DNA of 63,606 bases, counting the filler, from Phoronis australis (taxonomy: Eukaryota; Animalia; Phoronida): NCBI GenBank assembly GCA_002633005.1. It is 6 parts of 6 records of this genome, joined end to end, with 100 filler letters (N's around TTAATTAATTAA, not from the genome) between each part and the next. Parts side by side here need not be neighbours in the genome. Positions count along the whole stretch, not along the records: positions 30,728 to 50,565 come from NMRA01000288.1; positions 50,666 to 52,465 come from NMRA01001420.1; 4 more parts are not named here. One strand, given 5' to 3'. Under the pieces are notes generated by a model, which did no database searches, was not told where the DNA came from, and was given only the letters and a program-made list of their open reading frames with translations. Shown piece by piece: positions 39,537-52,465 of the stretch. The translations under genes and the position numbers were made by a program. Numbering within the stretch: the stretch's first letter is position 1; the number at the start of each line of letters is the position of its first letter.

Positions 39537-42500
39537 ATGGGATATTGTGGCTTGTGGGCATGTGAGTATGAAGTAAACGTAGAACTTCATCCAATGTGTC
39601 AATTTTGTGCTGCGTTTTGGTCCTGCGGCTACCAATTGTCTGTTACCAATGGTCTGCTACCAGCAGCCTGCTACCAGTAGCCTGCTACCAGTAGTCTGCT
39701 ACACCTAGGGTCTGTTTCATGAAAAGTGACTGGAAACTCAAGTCAGGAAATGAATTTTGTCTCGCAAAACTATTTCTGAACAATAATTAAATCTCACATT
39801 AGAAAACGCACAGTAGAATCTCATAAGTTTAGGACACCTCATGCCGGACAACTGACTTAAATAAGATAAGTAGCACCAAATCAATACTTCATCATTTAAA
39901 AGCTATCATTTGATAATGTTTCGAGAAATTTTGGGTGTTCACAGCAATGTTAGAATACATTGAAAAAGATCAATTTTAGCAAATATTTTTCAGACTTGGT
40001 GAGATTTCACCATATGATATCTGACATACTTGTAACCTCTACTTGCTGAGAAAACTTATTATTAAACTTTGTTTTGCTACAATTTACTATTTATTGACTA
40101 ACCGCGAACGTTATTTTATTCAGTAATTCATTGTTAACGTTGTATATGCATGCTCCTAACTATACTAACGTATAGGTTACTGTAGGAACTGAACGACAAT
40201 GCTATATGAACAACATCTATGCTAAATGAAGTGCAGTTGTATTCATTGACCACTTGCAAATGGGAGATCAAAAGATTCTGCAAGAAATAGGTTACCTTTG
40301 CACTCATGACATATACCTTGGGGGCTCACGTAACCCGCATCAAGCAGATTCCCAACACCAAGTCACGAAAATACATACTAGACACGGTTGACTAATTTAC
40401 AGTGGGTCATTTTTTACTCAAAATTCGTTCTTGAAAACATTTGGCAGTTTTCAACCTACTTTATGTTCACATCGTCGCTAGATGTTGTTTTTCTAACTAA
40501 TATGACCAAGTAATCACAAAGATAAGATTGAAATTAGAGCGTGAGACAACTTTCAGTCTTTAAGTCTTCCAAGTCACTTTTCGGGTAACCCCAAGGGCGC
40601 ATTCAACTATACTGAGAGAGTAGAATTCATTAGCTGTCTTACGGCAAGAGAAATCTAGCAAAAATCATGTGCTCTCATTGAAAATACACTGCAATATCTC
40701 TCGTCCCAAATTTGAGACATCGACTCAAGGGCTCTAATTGGATAGTCATACTTGCCAATTTAGTAGCCTATGCAAAACAAATTTCAATCTTATTACAGGC
40801 TTTTAAGGTTCGAGGATTGCTACCGATCAAGCTTTCTTTCTTTCGAGATTTACATGTCTAAATGTAATTGATATCTGTCAAATAAATTTGAGTAAAAACT
40901 GTTTTAATTTTAGCCATTCCAAATTTTCATAGGTTTTCGAAGACCCAAACGAAAAGTGGACATCAATATTGTGAGACTGTCATGTCGATGTGTTTCATAT
41001 CGAAAGGGAATAAATAGCAATAGGAAGGTAAGTACAGTATTGTTCTAGACGCTAATATATTTTTTTGCAAGATGGTTTCTAAACCTGCATTTCGTATCAC
41101 AAGAGACTTTCCAGACACTTGTAGCAATACACAAAATGTCCATCAGAACAATCATGGTGTTTGCAAATGTAATGTTCAGTATGCTACAGTGAAATATGCG
41201 TGCAGAATTGTTTTGAAATAATTATTTTACCCATCAGTTTACAGATGCACAGTAGCATGGAACTTTTTACACTTTAGTTTGCTCACTGTTTACCAGTACT
41301 GAAGCAGTAAAATCTCCCTATTTAGGACACCCTTATGGTGTACAGGCGAAATGTTATTTTTTCATTTTTTTCCTAAAAATGTGTAGCATCAAATTAATGC
41401 TTTGCTGTGTTCAAGTTCTGAAGCATAGCTATCATCAGAAAATATTTTATTATTTTTGTCCGAAGTTGGTTATATTTTAATGTCAATAAGTGGTGGCCTA
41501 CAGTAGTTGTATTTCAAATTGATAGAAGTGATATAGAAATAGCATAGTATTCGCTTTGTACACCAACTTATAAAAATGACAATAATTAGGAAGAAAATTT
41601 GGATTATTTCAAAATTTCCTGTAAGATACTTTGCTGTTGTTGTAAATGACAATATTAAATATTTATGGTTTTGTTTGAAAACTGAAATGTTGCATGAAAC
41701 AAAAACATCATGCAAATCTGTAATGTAGCATTTTTGAGATTTTATAGAATTTTTTCCTATTATGTTTTGATATCAATGCTTTGAGAGTATTCTGTTTTGC
41801 AAAATTCCACTGAAACAACGTTGTGATATGATCTGACCCAGGCAACGGCAGATAAACAAGAGGTGCAGGTGGCGTGATGCCTTTTGCGGTATATCAGGCG
41901 TGTTTAGGCCACAAGGCCGGGCCCATTACACAATGGCAGATAATATGTTAAGTGTCCAAAATTAAATTGAATTTCTACACTATTTTGAGAAGAAAATGTG
42001 AAATCTAGATATTTGGTAAAGTGCACAGACTTGGTTTTACTTCATTTCTTGTTAAATGAGTTGCTACAGGAAGATAGACTATAATTAAGGAAAGTTTTAA
42101 AGGTATGGTTGTTTTCCATGTGTTTGAAACTTAGGGAGTTCACCATAAGGAAATGAGGCCAATAGAATGTTGCATGTTCGTATTGACACCACTGGTTTGA
42201 TTAATGGGGGAATGTTTCTTTCAGGATGTGTCAGAAAATAGAGAAACTACTGTTGAGTTCATCAAGGACCAAAGTAAGTTTTGTTGTGAACGTAATATGA
42301 ACAACGAACCATGATTAGCGAAAAAATTGATATTTTTTGGCCTTGGTTATCAGCTATGAATCAAAAACCACAGTTGCTGCATTCAAAACTCTTTTTTCAG
42401 CACAGACATTAAAATAATATACAGGGATTCTTAACTTTAATTTAGCAAACAATATGGTCAACAATTGAAAGTTTGTGTCAAATTTCTTAACAAAAATAAA

Positions 42501-45500
42501 GATTAAGAAAATATTTGTTTGTTGCTATCATGGTTTCTAGTGTGTGGTAATTTTTCCATTATTTGCAGCATTGTGACCAATCAGCCTTTGAGAAATGGAA
42601 AATGACAATTGAACACTTAATTTATTTTTGTGCAAAGTTCTTAAGTGTTGAATTGCCGTACACGGTGCAGTCACATACTAAAAAGGCATTTCTACCGTAA
42701 TTCTCCTGCTTAGTGATGTTATAGCTTTATTTTTCCGTTTTGTAACATTAAATATACACTTTGATGCATAGGTTTGGTATTTGTTTTACTTTTTTGATCA
42801 AAACTGCAACAAACGAAATTGTGGTTCAAAAAAAAAAATAAAGTGGCACCAAAAATGTTGTGATCAGTTTCAGCCCTGCTGTTTATACGCGTTTCAGTTG
42901 ACCACTGTCCTTTTTGCAGCAAAATAAAAGATAGACCCCATTATGCAATAGGGTACAATTTAATTTCTCCTCCCATTACTTGGCCTGTATTTCCTCCTCC
43001 AGACTGTAGACATTTAACTTACACCGCTGAAGATAAGTGTACCACATGGACCATTTGGTTTTAAGTGTAGGCCTACTGTTTTAGTTGGCTCTTTTATCCA
43101 CTTTCGTCTCACTACTTAAAATTGTGAGCATTTGAAAAACGGCAGATAACGACACGAGCCTTTATCTTGCTCCAAAATTTGTTTACCGTTCTCAGGGATA
43201 TTGTGCTTTTGCAGGTGGTGAAACAGTCAGATTTGAACAAGTGGTTGAATCAGAATATCGCAACATCAGGAACACAGAAAATTTGATGCGTGTCACCTCT
43301 GAAGTAGATGTCCTTGAAGGTGACCAGGATCATATTATGCAGTGGTCGAAGAACAGAATCCTCATGAAGACGTTGGAAGAGACAGATGGCCTTCGCAATG
43401 GTAAGTAGATTTTTACCTTTAGATGTTTAAAATTTAACTTTGAGACATTCTGTAGTTATTCTGTCATACAGTCTCTACACGAATGATGTTTTCAGATAAT
43501 TTTTGGCTCACCATGTATGCTTACTTTCCTTTTTTAATAGACTTGTTTGTTCTGGAAGTGTATCGTGGCTGGGACGTAACTGATGGCGATAACAAATATT
43601 TCTGTGCAATCCGTGTGTACAAAGCAAACAAAATGAAGAGACATCAGTATCTGATGTGTACTCAAGAGAAAAAAGTGGCTTTAAAAGTAAGTAAAGATCG
43701 CACGATAATACTACACCCCTTCTTATCAGCCAAACTATAAAACTTTAAAATGTGATGGTGAAAATTTCCAGATGTGTAGGATTTTCGAGTCCGTTTTTGG
43801 GGTCTGCCTATCTCTGCACGAAACTGCTTCAAGTGGATCATTGGGATAATTTCCAGATGTGTTCCTGCCAAGAAGGCTACTCAGGTGATGTTGATTTTCA
43901 GATGAAGCCCACTACTGTGTGACGCACCCTGGCAGCAATGTTATCCAATGAATGAACAGATCACGACTGCCTCTATATCTTTGGATTTTCATGAAATTCT
44001 CCAAATAGTTTTTTTTAAGAAAATGATGACATCTTCCTGTTTTTGTACAGGTTTGACATATTCTGCTCAATCTGGTGGCCATTTTTATGACTATTAAATT
44101 CCCCTAGAAGTCTGTGGTTCGCGGTGCAGTCGGGAGTGCATTTCAATTTTTCATTTATTTTCTTTCAAATCTGTTTTTGATTTGAATTTAAGCACAATAC
44201 AATTTAAAGTATCACTAAGATTGTTAACAATGAACTGTTTTCTTAAAATCAAAAACTGAACGATCGCGGCACAAATAAAAAAGTTCATGTTCAATTCTGC
44301 AACGTTTCGTATTTTCATTAGACATCATCAGAATCATATTTACAACAATTTAGGACCACAAGTGCCAACATACAGCTCACCAGCTATAGTGATGACCAGC
44401 TTTTTAACTGACCATATTCTATGTATCTCTCACTTCACTCTATGGATGTTTCCTGAGCTGTATGTTGGCTCTTGTTGTCCTAAATTGTTGTAAATATGAT
44501 CTTGATGATGTCTAATGAAAAGACGAAACGTTGAGTTGAACATGAACTTTTTTATTTGTGCGGCGATCGTCGGGTTTTTGATCTGATTGTGGCCAAAAAC
44601 TGATTTGTTTTCTTAAAAAGTTTAATTCTGTCAGGCACAAAGTGAAATAAGTACTCACATTTTTAATGTGAAATGTAAAAATACTGTTGGAAGGATTAAT
44701 ATGCAAGTGGCTGTCGTCAGAAAAAGGCATTCATTTGATTTAGACAAATAATGTGATTTTGGTGTACTGATCAAAAAGGAAGTTTCAAATTGGATCCTCT
44801 CACAGTTTGAATATTTTATACAGTGTGTCTTTGCTATAGAAATATTCCAAGCTTCAATTATTTTCGTAAACCAACAGCGAGAGAATTTTACATCGAAGAA
44901 TACATTTTATTAAAAAGTGTAAGTTGGACGAATACCATGTATTCTGGAGCAACTCGTTAAAAAACCTTTGACATACAACTCCCAATATGGATTGAGCACA
45001 TGTTTGTCTGTATCATTTTTGTCTTATAAATAAAATAAAATTACTGGTATTTGAAAAGAAAGTTCTTTCCTCTTGTGATACTAGTTTATTGAAGATTTCT
45101 CTTGGTTATTTCAGAAAACTGTGTTCAAGTTAAATAGTGCGGACTTAAATAATCCAGATCCCACACTGTTTCTGCTGAAAGAATGGTCTGGCATCTCTTT
45201 TTTTGAGTCGGCAAAGCACCCTGGTGAGTAGTGAGCAATGATAGTAAAAAATTCTTCAGTTTGGAAAAAATCGCAAAAATTGACATATTTCTATTTTCAG
45301 AAGCTTAGCACACATTGTTGCAAATGCTCATTAAAATTTTACCACAGTCATGCTGTTTCGTGATAGATATGTTGTACAAACTATGCTAAAACCAAAGCAA
45401 GCTGCCGCGAAAAGTTACTTTTGTTGAAGAATTTGATAAAATGAAGTGTCACCTTTTCATCATATTGTGTTCCATACTGAAGAATTTTTCCTGTAATATT

Positions 45501-46554
45501 GTACGACAGGACAAGAGTGTTATTTTATGATTTTCCATCGATATTGCTCAAACTCTCTGAATATTCATGTACCTCTTGTCACTGAATCACTCTGACGAAA
45601 TAGAGTTCTGAATCCAAGAGACATGATAACGATGATGATGATATTAAATGTAGATAAAACATAAATCCAGATGAGTAATTTTGAATATACTGATAGGAAT
45701 TTTGTAGTTGCCTATATTTTCACAATCTCCTGATTTCAAGTGAAATGCGTTGTAATCCTGTTTATTTTCCCTAGTGCCACCTGTATAGGATGTTATGGAC
45801 AAGACTGTACGTTTTGCCCCATATGTACAAAACTAGTCTAAACTCAGCAAATCTGCCATCAATTAGATCTCATGAGGATGCTTTTTTGATAAAATTTTGT
45901 AAAAAAATAAGATACATTCATCAGTAGCAAAACAGAATCAATAACATGAGTCAATTTTATATGCTATAAATGTTCAATATGAAATCTCAAAAACTGATGC
46001 AGTTTCCTGAATTATCGTTTACATTTTGTTTTCTGCAACTTAAAATGTTTTCATAAAAATTTTACAAGTCCTATTTTTTGATAGCCAGCCACTCGACTCA
46101 TGCAAAAATGGAACATTTTGACAGCAATTCCCAACAGATTTTGGAGAACAATGTGTAAAGCATAGTACCTGAAAGTTCTGTGTGAATGTTACTGGTCATT
46201 TTTGAGATCTGATGTTGCTAAGGTGGCCAAAATTGGAATTTTTCTACATTCTAACCTTAAATGGGCAAGCATCCTTTTTCCTCTTCCAGTGTTGTCACCT
46301 GGTGCCAGCCGGAATGGGTTGGTATTCAGGTGCCGGCTTTGAAGCACCGGTCTCAGAATGAGTCCGGTGCAGTCCTGAACCAAAGCCTCATCTAGTATAC
46401 GTCTTCTCTGGGTATCTTTGCAGGTTTCTATCTCGCCCATGATAAAGAAGGCTCCGTATATTTAAAGAAGGTCGGTACTGAGTCAACGCCGTTCTCTGTA
46501 TTGGAAGACATTCCTGAGATACAGTTTAATGTGCAGAAGCAAACTCAGCTCTAA
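39537..46554 (+). CDS. IL-1/IL-18 family-like beta-trefoil cytokine precursor, 246 aa, 7 coding exons
   Basis: Exons 39537-39561, 40933-41027, 42225-42273, 43215-43400, 43541-43686, 45115-45223, 46424-46554 (741 nt). All introns are GT-AG with GTAAGT/GTGAGT donors and compatible phases 1,0,1,1,0,1. Kozak-like AAAATGG with an upstream in-frame TAA. Protein: MGYCGLWACFRRPKRKVDINIVRLSCRCVSYRKGINSNRKDVSENRETTVEFIKDQSGETVRFEQVVESEYRNIRNTENLMRVTSEVDVLEGDQDHIMQWSKNRILMKTLEETDGLRNDLFVLEVYRGWDVTDGDNKYFCAIRVYKANKMKRHQYLMCTQEKKVALKKTVFKLNSADLNNPDPTLFLLKEWSGISFFESAKHPGFYLAHDKEGSVYLKKVGTESTPFSVLEDIPEIQFNVQKQTQL. Confidence 0.8.
39628..39702 (+). repeat. 14-bp tandem repeat (CTACCAGTAGCCTG)
   Basis: About 5 degenerate units in the first coding intron. 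Confidence 0.7.
44249..44581. mobile_element. Inverted-repeat Penelope-terminus-like element with hammerhead-like cores
   Basis: About 80-bp inverted arms, each reading (C/T)TGATGATGTCTAATGAAA...CGAAACGTTG. Confidence 0.5.
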
Positions 46555-47647
46555 CAGTTCGCCTTTCTAAACATGTTCAATGTTTTTAAAAGTCATCACC
46601 AGTTTTACTTGGACACAACATACTAAGGTTTTAACTGCACTAAAAGCTGCCAAGGGTTTCTGTCCATAAACCCATTCCTCACTCAAACTGGTTGGAAGCT
46701 ATGGAGAGTAGACGTGCCAGTTAGGAATTCGCCATAGTGTTGTTCGCCTGAATGTTGCCTTATTTTAAATGAGACAAGTGTTTCATCAGTGTACTGAGTG
46801 CACTAATGAAGACCAAGTCTTAGATAAAACTTGCAAATGTTCACAATTCGTGTGGTAAAGAAGTTGCGTTTTAAGTTCATGCACATGTACTTTGTCATTT
46901 GTAAGTACGTCATTCATCTATTGTGTAAAGTTAGCTCCATTAGTAGTATTGTATAGTACATGGACCACCAACTCTGTATACATTCAATGGACGAAATCTG
47001 TGCTCTTTCATTAGCAAGGACGTCATATTCACTAGCGACACCTGACCAAATTATCTGGTATCATTTCTGGCAGGTATGTCGTCTGCTAATAATGGTTGGC
47101 TTTGTTTTGTCAAAATACACTAACCGTAAACTGGGACAGATAATTTAGGAGAGTGGCGCCTCCTCTAGGATATTACGCAAGAAAATGTCGGTGTTGCGAA
47201 TCTGTTATCTATAATAGTGCCATAAATATAATCTCTTTATTATCAATGTTATAGTTATGATATAAATATTATGTTATGTTTTCTAAGTTTAGGTAAATGT
47301 TGAGTTATTTTTTCCGTCCACGCAGTTTCATTGTCTGAATCAACATTTTTTTTGTTTTGACAATTAGCTGTTGTTACTGGGAAAATGATGTTTTGTCTAG
47401 TCACTTTTGTTTTGAACGGTATGGAGTTGGCTCAATGATTATGAGGAGGATGGATCCCTTACAAATTTTCGAGTCCAGACTGTGGCCTGTTCTATCTTGC
47501 CTTTCTGAGGGATTCTTTTTGTGAGGGATTACCATAAGTATTAATATATTTTTGTGCATGTTGTTTTCATTAGTTTGTTGTCAGTATTGCATCTTCCTAA
47601 ACGGTGCATAATATTCCTGTTATTAAGATCTTATTTTAGTAAATTAT

Positions 47648-47653
47648 AATAAA
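47648..47653 (+). terminator. Candidate polyadenylation signal of the IL-1-like gene
   Basis: AATAAA about 1.1 kb after the stop, following an AT-rich tract; no transcript evidence. Confidence 0.3.
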
Positions 47654-50361
47654 TCTGAAAAAAGAATGTTGTTATAGTTTATTTACAAGAAACCAAGCAT
47701 TCTTGACTGTATTAGTAAGAGGGAATGTGGGGCGTCCGTAATTTGGAGTTGTGGCACAAACAACAGTCAAGTTTTTTCCATTTTGGATTTTGTACCTTGT
47801 TCAGTCCAGGGTGATGCTTAGGGCAGATACAATGTTGTCAACTAAAAAATTGCCAAACAAGATTTCATTATACTCCATATTTAGTTTCAAAATGTAATCA
47901 GGGGAACAAAACGAATTTCTAGATTTTATTAATTTGAACTCCCGGTAACCAACCCACGAATTCTTTGTGCTGGATACTTCGTCATAATTAGTCTCCTGCA
48001 CAAAAAATGAAAAATCGTGTACTCCACGAAACTTCAGATATCCCATAATATGGAATTTTAGTCGAGGTTCAGTTTATATTAAAGTTAAGTGAAAAAGTAG
48101 CCCAGTTGGCAAATATCCTAGGAAGGATAAAAATAAATGTCATTTTAAAGTACAATTGGTCTGTGGCTAATTTCCAAGTTTTTCTCGGTAACTGGAACTC
48201 GAGAAAATGTAAAGGCAGTATTGTATGAACAGTTATCCCCTGTGCTCCATATCGTGGCGGGATACGGCCTTCGCTCGACTATTAAGCGCCTGGTCTTGAA
48301 AAAGCGCTGGTCTGAAATTAAACAGTTGTATCCAAAATTAACGCCGTTGTCGTAGGAGTCCTTCCTGAATGTGTATGAGGGGCAATATTCGAGCACGTAT
48401 ACGGATGCTTCATCTGCATGAGGCGCCAGCGGTTCTTAAACGAGACAAATTTACAGCCAGTACAATATAAAACGCCATAATTTACGTGCTGAGACATTGA
48501 ATTATTTCTTTTCCCAACCGTCAAGAAGCTGAAAAACCCACTCCGAGACCGTACAAAATCACCCCCTACGATACCTCTGAGAGCAATTACGTACCACCCT
48601 AGTGGACAACACATAACGGCGGACAAAATACCCACTCAAATTGGTGGCACATCCCTGTACCCTTCCATCGCTGAAAAAGTGATTTGGAATAACTGATTTA
48701 TCGTTTCTTTGGAATGCAGGGTTAATCTTCTGTGATCGCTTTTTAGGTAGACGAAACGAAATCGTTTTAAGAATTCCATTTAAATATGGTAAATATCAAA
48801 AAGCGGTATGACTTGAAGGGAGGTCCTATCATATTTTTTATTCGGTGACGACGACTTTGAGGAAAGCTATGGGCGTGTTTGGAAAAAGGCTGGTCAGTTG
48901 TAACAACATGTATTACTATAGTAGGACCGTCCAACCCCAGCCATATTCACTAATGGGTTTTCTGGGTAAATGAATGTACAAAATTGAAAAACCAAACCCG
49001 TTCATCGTTAGGATTTAAACGCTGTAACTGGATCTGGTCTTAGTTTTGGGAGAATTGACCATTTCCCCTCATACCCTTTGCATTCCTCTTCTAAAAATGG
49101 CTTGGAACGCCAATAAATTGGATTATTCAAAGTGATTCTGTGCCACTATTTCGCCTTCCATGCCTCTTCAGATCGAAGCCACCTGATGCCGGCTGAAATG
49201 AGTCTACTTAGCTCGAATAATACTGTTATCAAGGACCAATTCGATATGTTCTCTAGATCACTTCTTTTCGATAGCACCGCAAACGGTGTGATTCTATGGG
49301 ACTGTTTTATTATCATAATGACGCAGAGTGCGTTAAACCCATTCGAATTGAGAAGGTGACGTCAAATTTATGAAAATTAGCCAAGGAATTCCTAAGATAT
49401 AGAATGAAACGTAAAAAACAATTAACTCTGGGAAGCACAGCTAGAGTGAGTCCGATTGGTCTAAAGCTCGTTATCTGTTTCCATCTCTATACAAGCTCAT
49501 TTGCCAAATTTCGCAAAGATCCTTCAAAGGGATAAGGAGATACAGGCGTAAATGTAAAAAATCAAAATTGCCAGAATAGCCAAAACACACCCGAAAATCA
49601 ACATCAGACACGGAACACAATTTTCATAATCGCTCTTTGAGTAGTTTGTCAGATAAAGAGGCATGCGTCAAAAACATACTCTAAAATTTTAAGTGGTCAT
49701 CGGGTGGCGCAGAAAACATAAAATCTGTTCGAAAATGGAAATAGAATTCCATGGAAATACATTCATGAACTCCGAAGAGGAAAACGTAAAAAAAAACAGT
49801 TTGCTACAAGACGTGTCGGACTTTAATGAGACAATCTAATAGAAACATTAAGTTTAAAAGAAATAATATTTAATGAAGTTTCAACATTCAAAGAGAAACG
49901 AACATTTTTACACACAATAAGTTTCGTCACTGCATGGGTAGACCACTCTCCACATGGCACCCAACTAATATTATCGAGTCAGTTCATTTTATATCACAGT
50001 CTTTTGTGGTCAGCCTCCGACCCCGAATGTCCCAAGACTTTTGTAGACACAAACGTTCCACTTTCTGTGAAAAGCTTCAGACACGTCTCCACTATGTCAC
50101 GGCTGCATGGCTCTCGACTGCCGCACAGGTCGAACATTTGAATGCGCCCGGCCAACACAGCAGTTCATTTGCATATAAATGTCCCGGCAACAATCGTTGA
50201 ACACTGACGCCGGCGACGTAACAGATTGTTCCCAATTATCAATTCTTTACATAATCCTCCACTGAAATGTGAACATACAGGGCAAAACACTGCCTGGCAA
50301 TCTGCCCAAACGAATCAAGACTGTAAAATTCAAATTCACCCCGACCAACAAGCGATCGAGA

Positions 50362-50565
50362 ACGCCGGAAGGCGATGGGAGGACGCCGGAAGGCGATAGG
50401 AGGACGCCGGAAGGCGATGGGAGGACGCCGGAAGGCGATGGGAGGACGCCGGAAGGCGATGGGAGGACGCCGGAAGGCGATGGGAGGACGCCGGAAGGCG
50501 ATGGGAGGACGCCGGAAGGCGATGGGAGGACGCCGGAAGGCGATGGGAGGACGCCGGAAGGCGAT
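50362..50565 (+). repeat. 21-bp minisatellite (ACGCCGGAAGGCGATGGGAGG)n
   Basis: About 10 near-identical units running into a gap. Confidence 0.95.
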
Positions 50566-50711
50566 NNNNNNNNNNNNNNNNNNNNNNNNNNNNNNNNNNN
50601 NNNNNNNNNTTAATTAATTAANNNNNNNNNNNNNNNNNNNNNNNNNNNNNNNNNNNNNNNNNNNNGGGGGGGCACCTACCATGTTTATTTTCTAACCGTT
50701 TTCTGTTTCAG

Positions 50712-51775
50712 TCTCTGCGATTGAGCAATGCAGCTCTGCTCCAGACGACCACTGGCCAGATAGTCAATCTCATGTCCAATGATGTCAACAGGTTTGACCA
50801 GGTGAGACCGCCATCCTACTTGACTGAACATACTGTGCTCATAAATGCAACTCACGTGTATGTAAAACAGGTCTGGTGCATAACCTACACATGGGGACTT
50901 ACTGTCTGTGAGTCTCATTAGTTTTGGATGAGATCAGCGTCAATCACCATGAGGTATACTGTATCTGTTGGATATCCTCACAACATTGATCATTTCGTAT
51001 GTCTACAAGTAGATAATCATTTTTATGTGCCCCCATACATGTGTCATCTTTACGTGCCATTGGCGCGTATTGCTGTCATCTTAATCTATACATACTGGAG
51101 TTTGAGGCTTGGTGTCCACAGCTGCATTTTGTATACTCTCTGCAAGATCTTCATGAAATTATGCATTTTGAAATGTTTAATTTCATGAAGATCCTGCACA
51201 AATTTTTTGTTGATGGTCGTGAAGATGTGAGATGACCATTTTGAGGCAATTTCATTTGTATTTTGTTGAGTTTGGTTTGTAATAAACTCCCCAGTCCATT
51301 TGTGTGTCCCCATGATCTTAGGCAGGTAAGTGTGTTTATGTTGGGGAGGGGATGTCACTCACCTATTTTGGACACCCGTTACAGTTGCTGCAACACATTA
51401 ATTTTGGATTCGTACCCCTCGGAGCATCTTTGTGAAATATGTTTGACAAGTTTCTATATACAAGGGACATGGTGACATAATGTTTTGGATAAATCCTACT
51501 ACTATTGTCAATTATGCACAAGTGTGTCTCAGCATGAATGGTAGTGTTGTTGCAATCCTGAGAATGTTGTGTTTGAGGTGGTAGCTGACTGATGTCTTCT
51601 TTATCTTGTAGGCGGTCATCTTTCTCCACTTCCTTTGGGTGGGCCCCCTGCAGACCATTGCTGTGATGGTCATCTTGTGGCACGAGGTTGGACCAGCCAG
51701 TTTGGCTGGATTAGCTGTACTAGTCCTTCTTATACCACTCCAGGCATGGATGGGCAAGCGCTTTTCAAAACTCAG
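50712..51775 (+). CDS. ABCC4: ABC transporter C family (MRP4-like), two internal TMD1 exons
   Basis: Exons 50712-50801 ([30 protein letters not shown]) and 51612-51775 ([18 protein letters not shown]...[14 protein letters not shown]) with AG/GT boundaries; closely match ABCC4 as recalled. Confidence 0.88.
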
Positions 51776-52249
51776 GTAGAAATCTCTGTATGGTTTCATA
51801 TCCTGCTTTCTCTTTAGGTGTTTGGGTCAATTTGATTGAAGGACATGTTCTCAGCCAGAGCTAAGATGGTCTGCCTTAGGGATAGCATGTGTAAAGCTGT
51901 GCTTTTTAAGAACAGAAATTTACAACAAACACGTTAGTCTATATCTTCAGGTAATGACCATTTTGTTAACTGCTTGAATCCTTGTAAAATTCTACCGTTA
52001 GGCTCACCTGGTGTGAATATTTGTAGGGATGGTTGTGAAACATAATAATGGCTCACAATTCATGCGCATTGTCGCACACTTCATACAAATGTCACCCGAT
52101 GTAAACCTTTGTACATTGTTCCCCGCCTTGTGTTCACAGTGCAAACTTTGTATGAATCACACAGATGAGAATGCATTCATGATACATTTTGAAAGTTTTG
52201 TAGGATGTGAATGAATGGATGCAAATTTATAGCACAGCCTTGGGTCATA

Positions 52250-52465
52250 TTGCATTGTGGGACAGTTGGAGGACATCATGGGACAACTTTTAAGTCGTGG
52301 GACAACCGTAGGGCATCCTGGGGCAGTCGTGAGGCAGTCATGGGGCATTGTGATAGTCATAGGACATCCTGGGGCAGTCATGGGGCATCGTGATACAGTC
52401 ACAGGGCATCCTTGGACAGTCATGGGGCATCGTGATACAGTCATAAGGCATCCTTGGACAGTCAT
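52250..52465 (+). repeat. About 20/42-bp minisatellite (GGGCATC...CAGTCAT)
   Basis: Tandem degenerate units running into a gap. Confidence 0.85.

Noticed and set aside
45115-46554. FGF or AbfB/fascin assignment for the FESAKHPGFYL motif
   Set aside because: These trefoils share a similar motif, but the YLMC, VYLKK and IQFNVQ motifs, the propiece and the 1-1-0 intron pattern fit IL-1/IL-18 better; not formally excluded without a structure search.
47801-48635. Overlapping minus-strand ORFs (81-105 aa) downstream of the cytokine gene
   Set aside because: No recognisable motif, stops in adjoining frames and no convincing splice chain; possibly a decayed gene but unsupported.
50269-50617. ORFs with RTPEGDG / MGGRRKA repeats, or a CRISPR-like array
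   Set aside because: Pure 21-bp minisatellite with no unique spacers; the ORFs are by-products.
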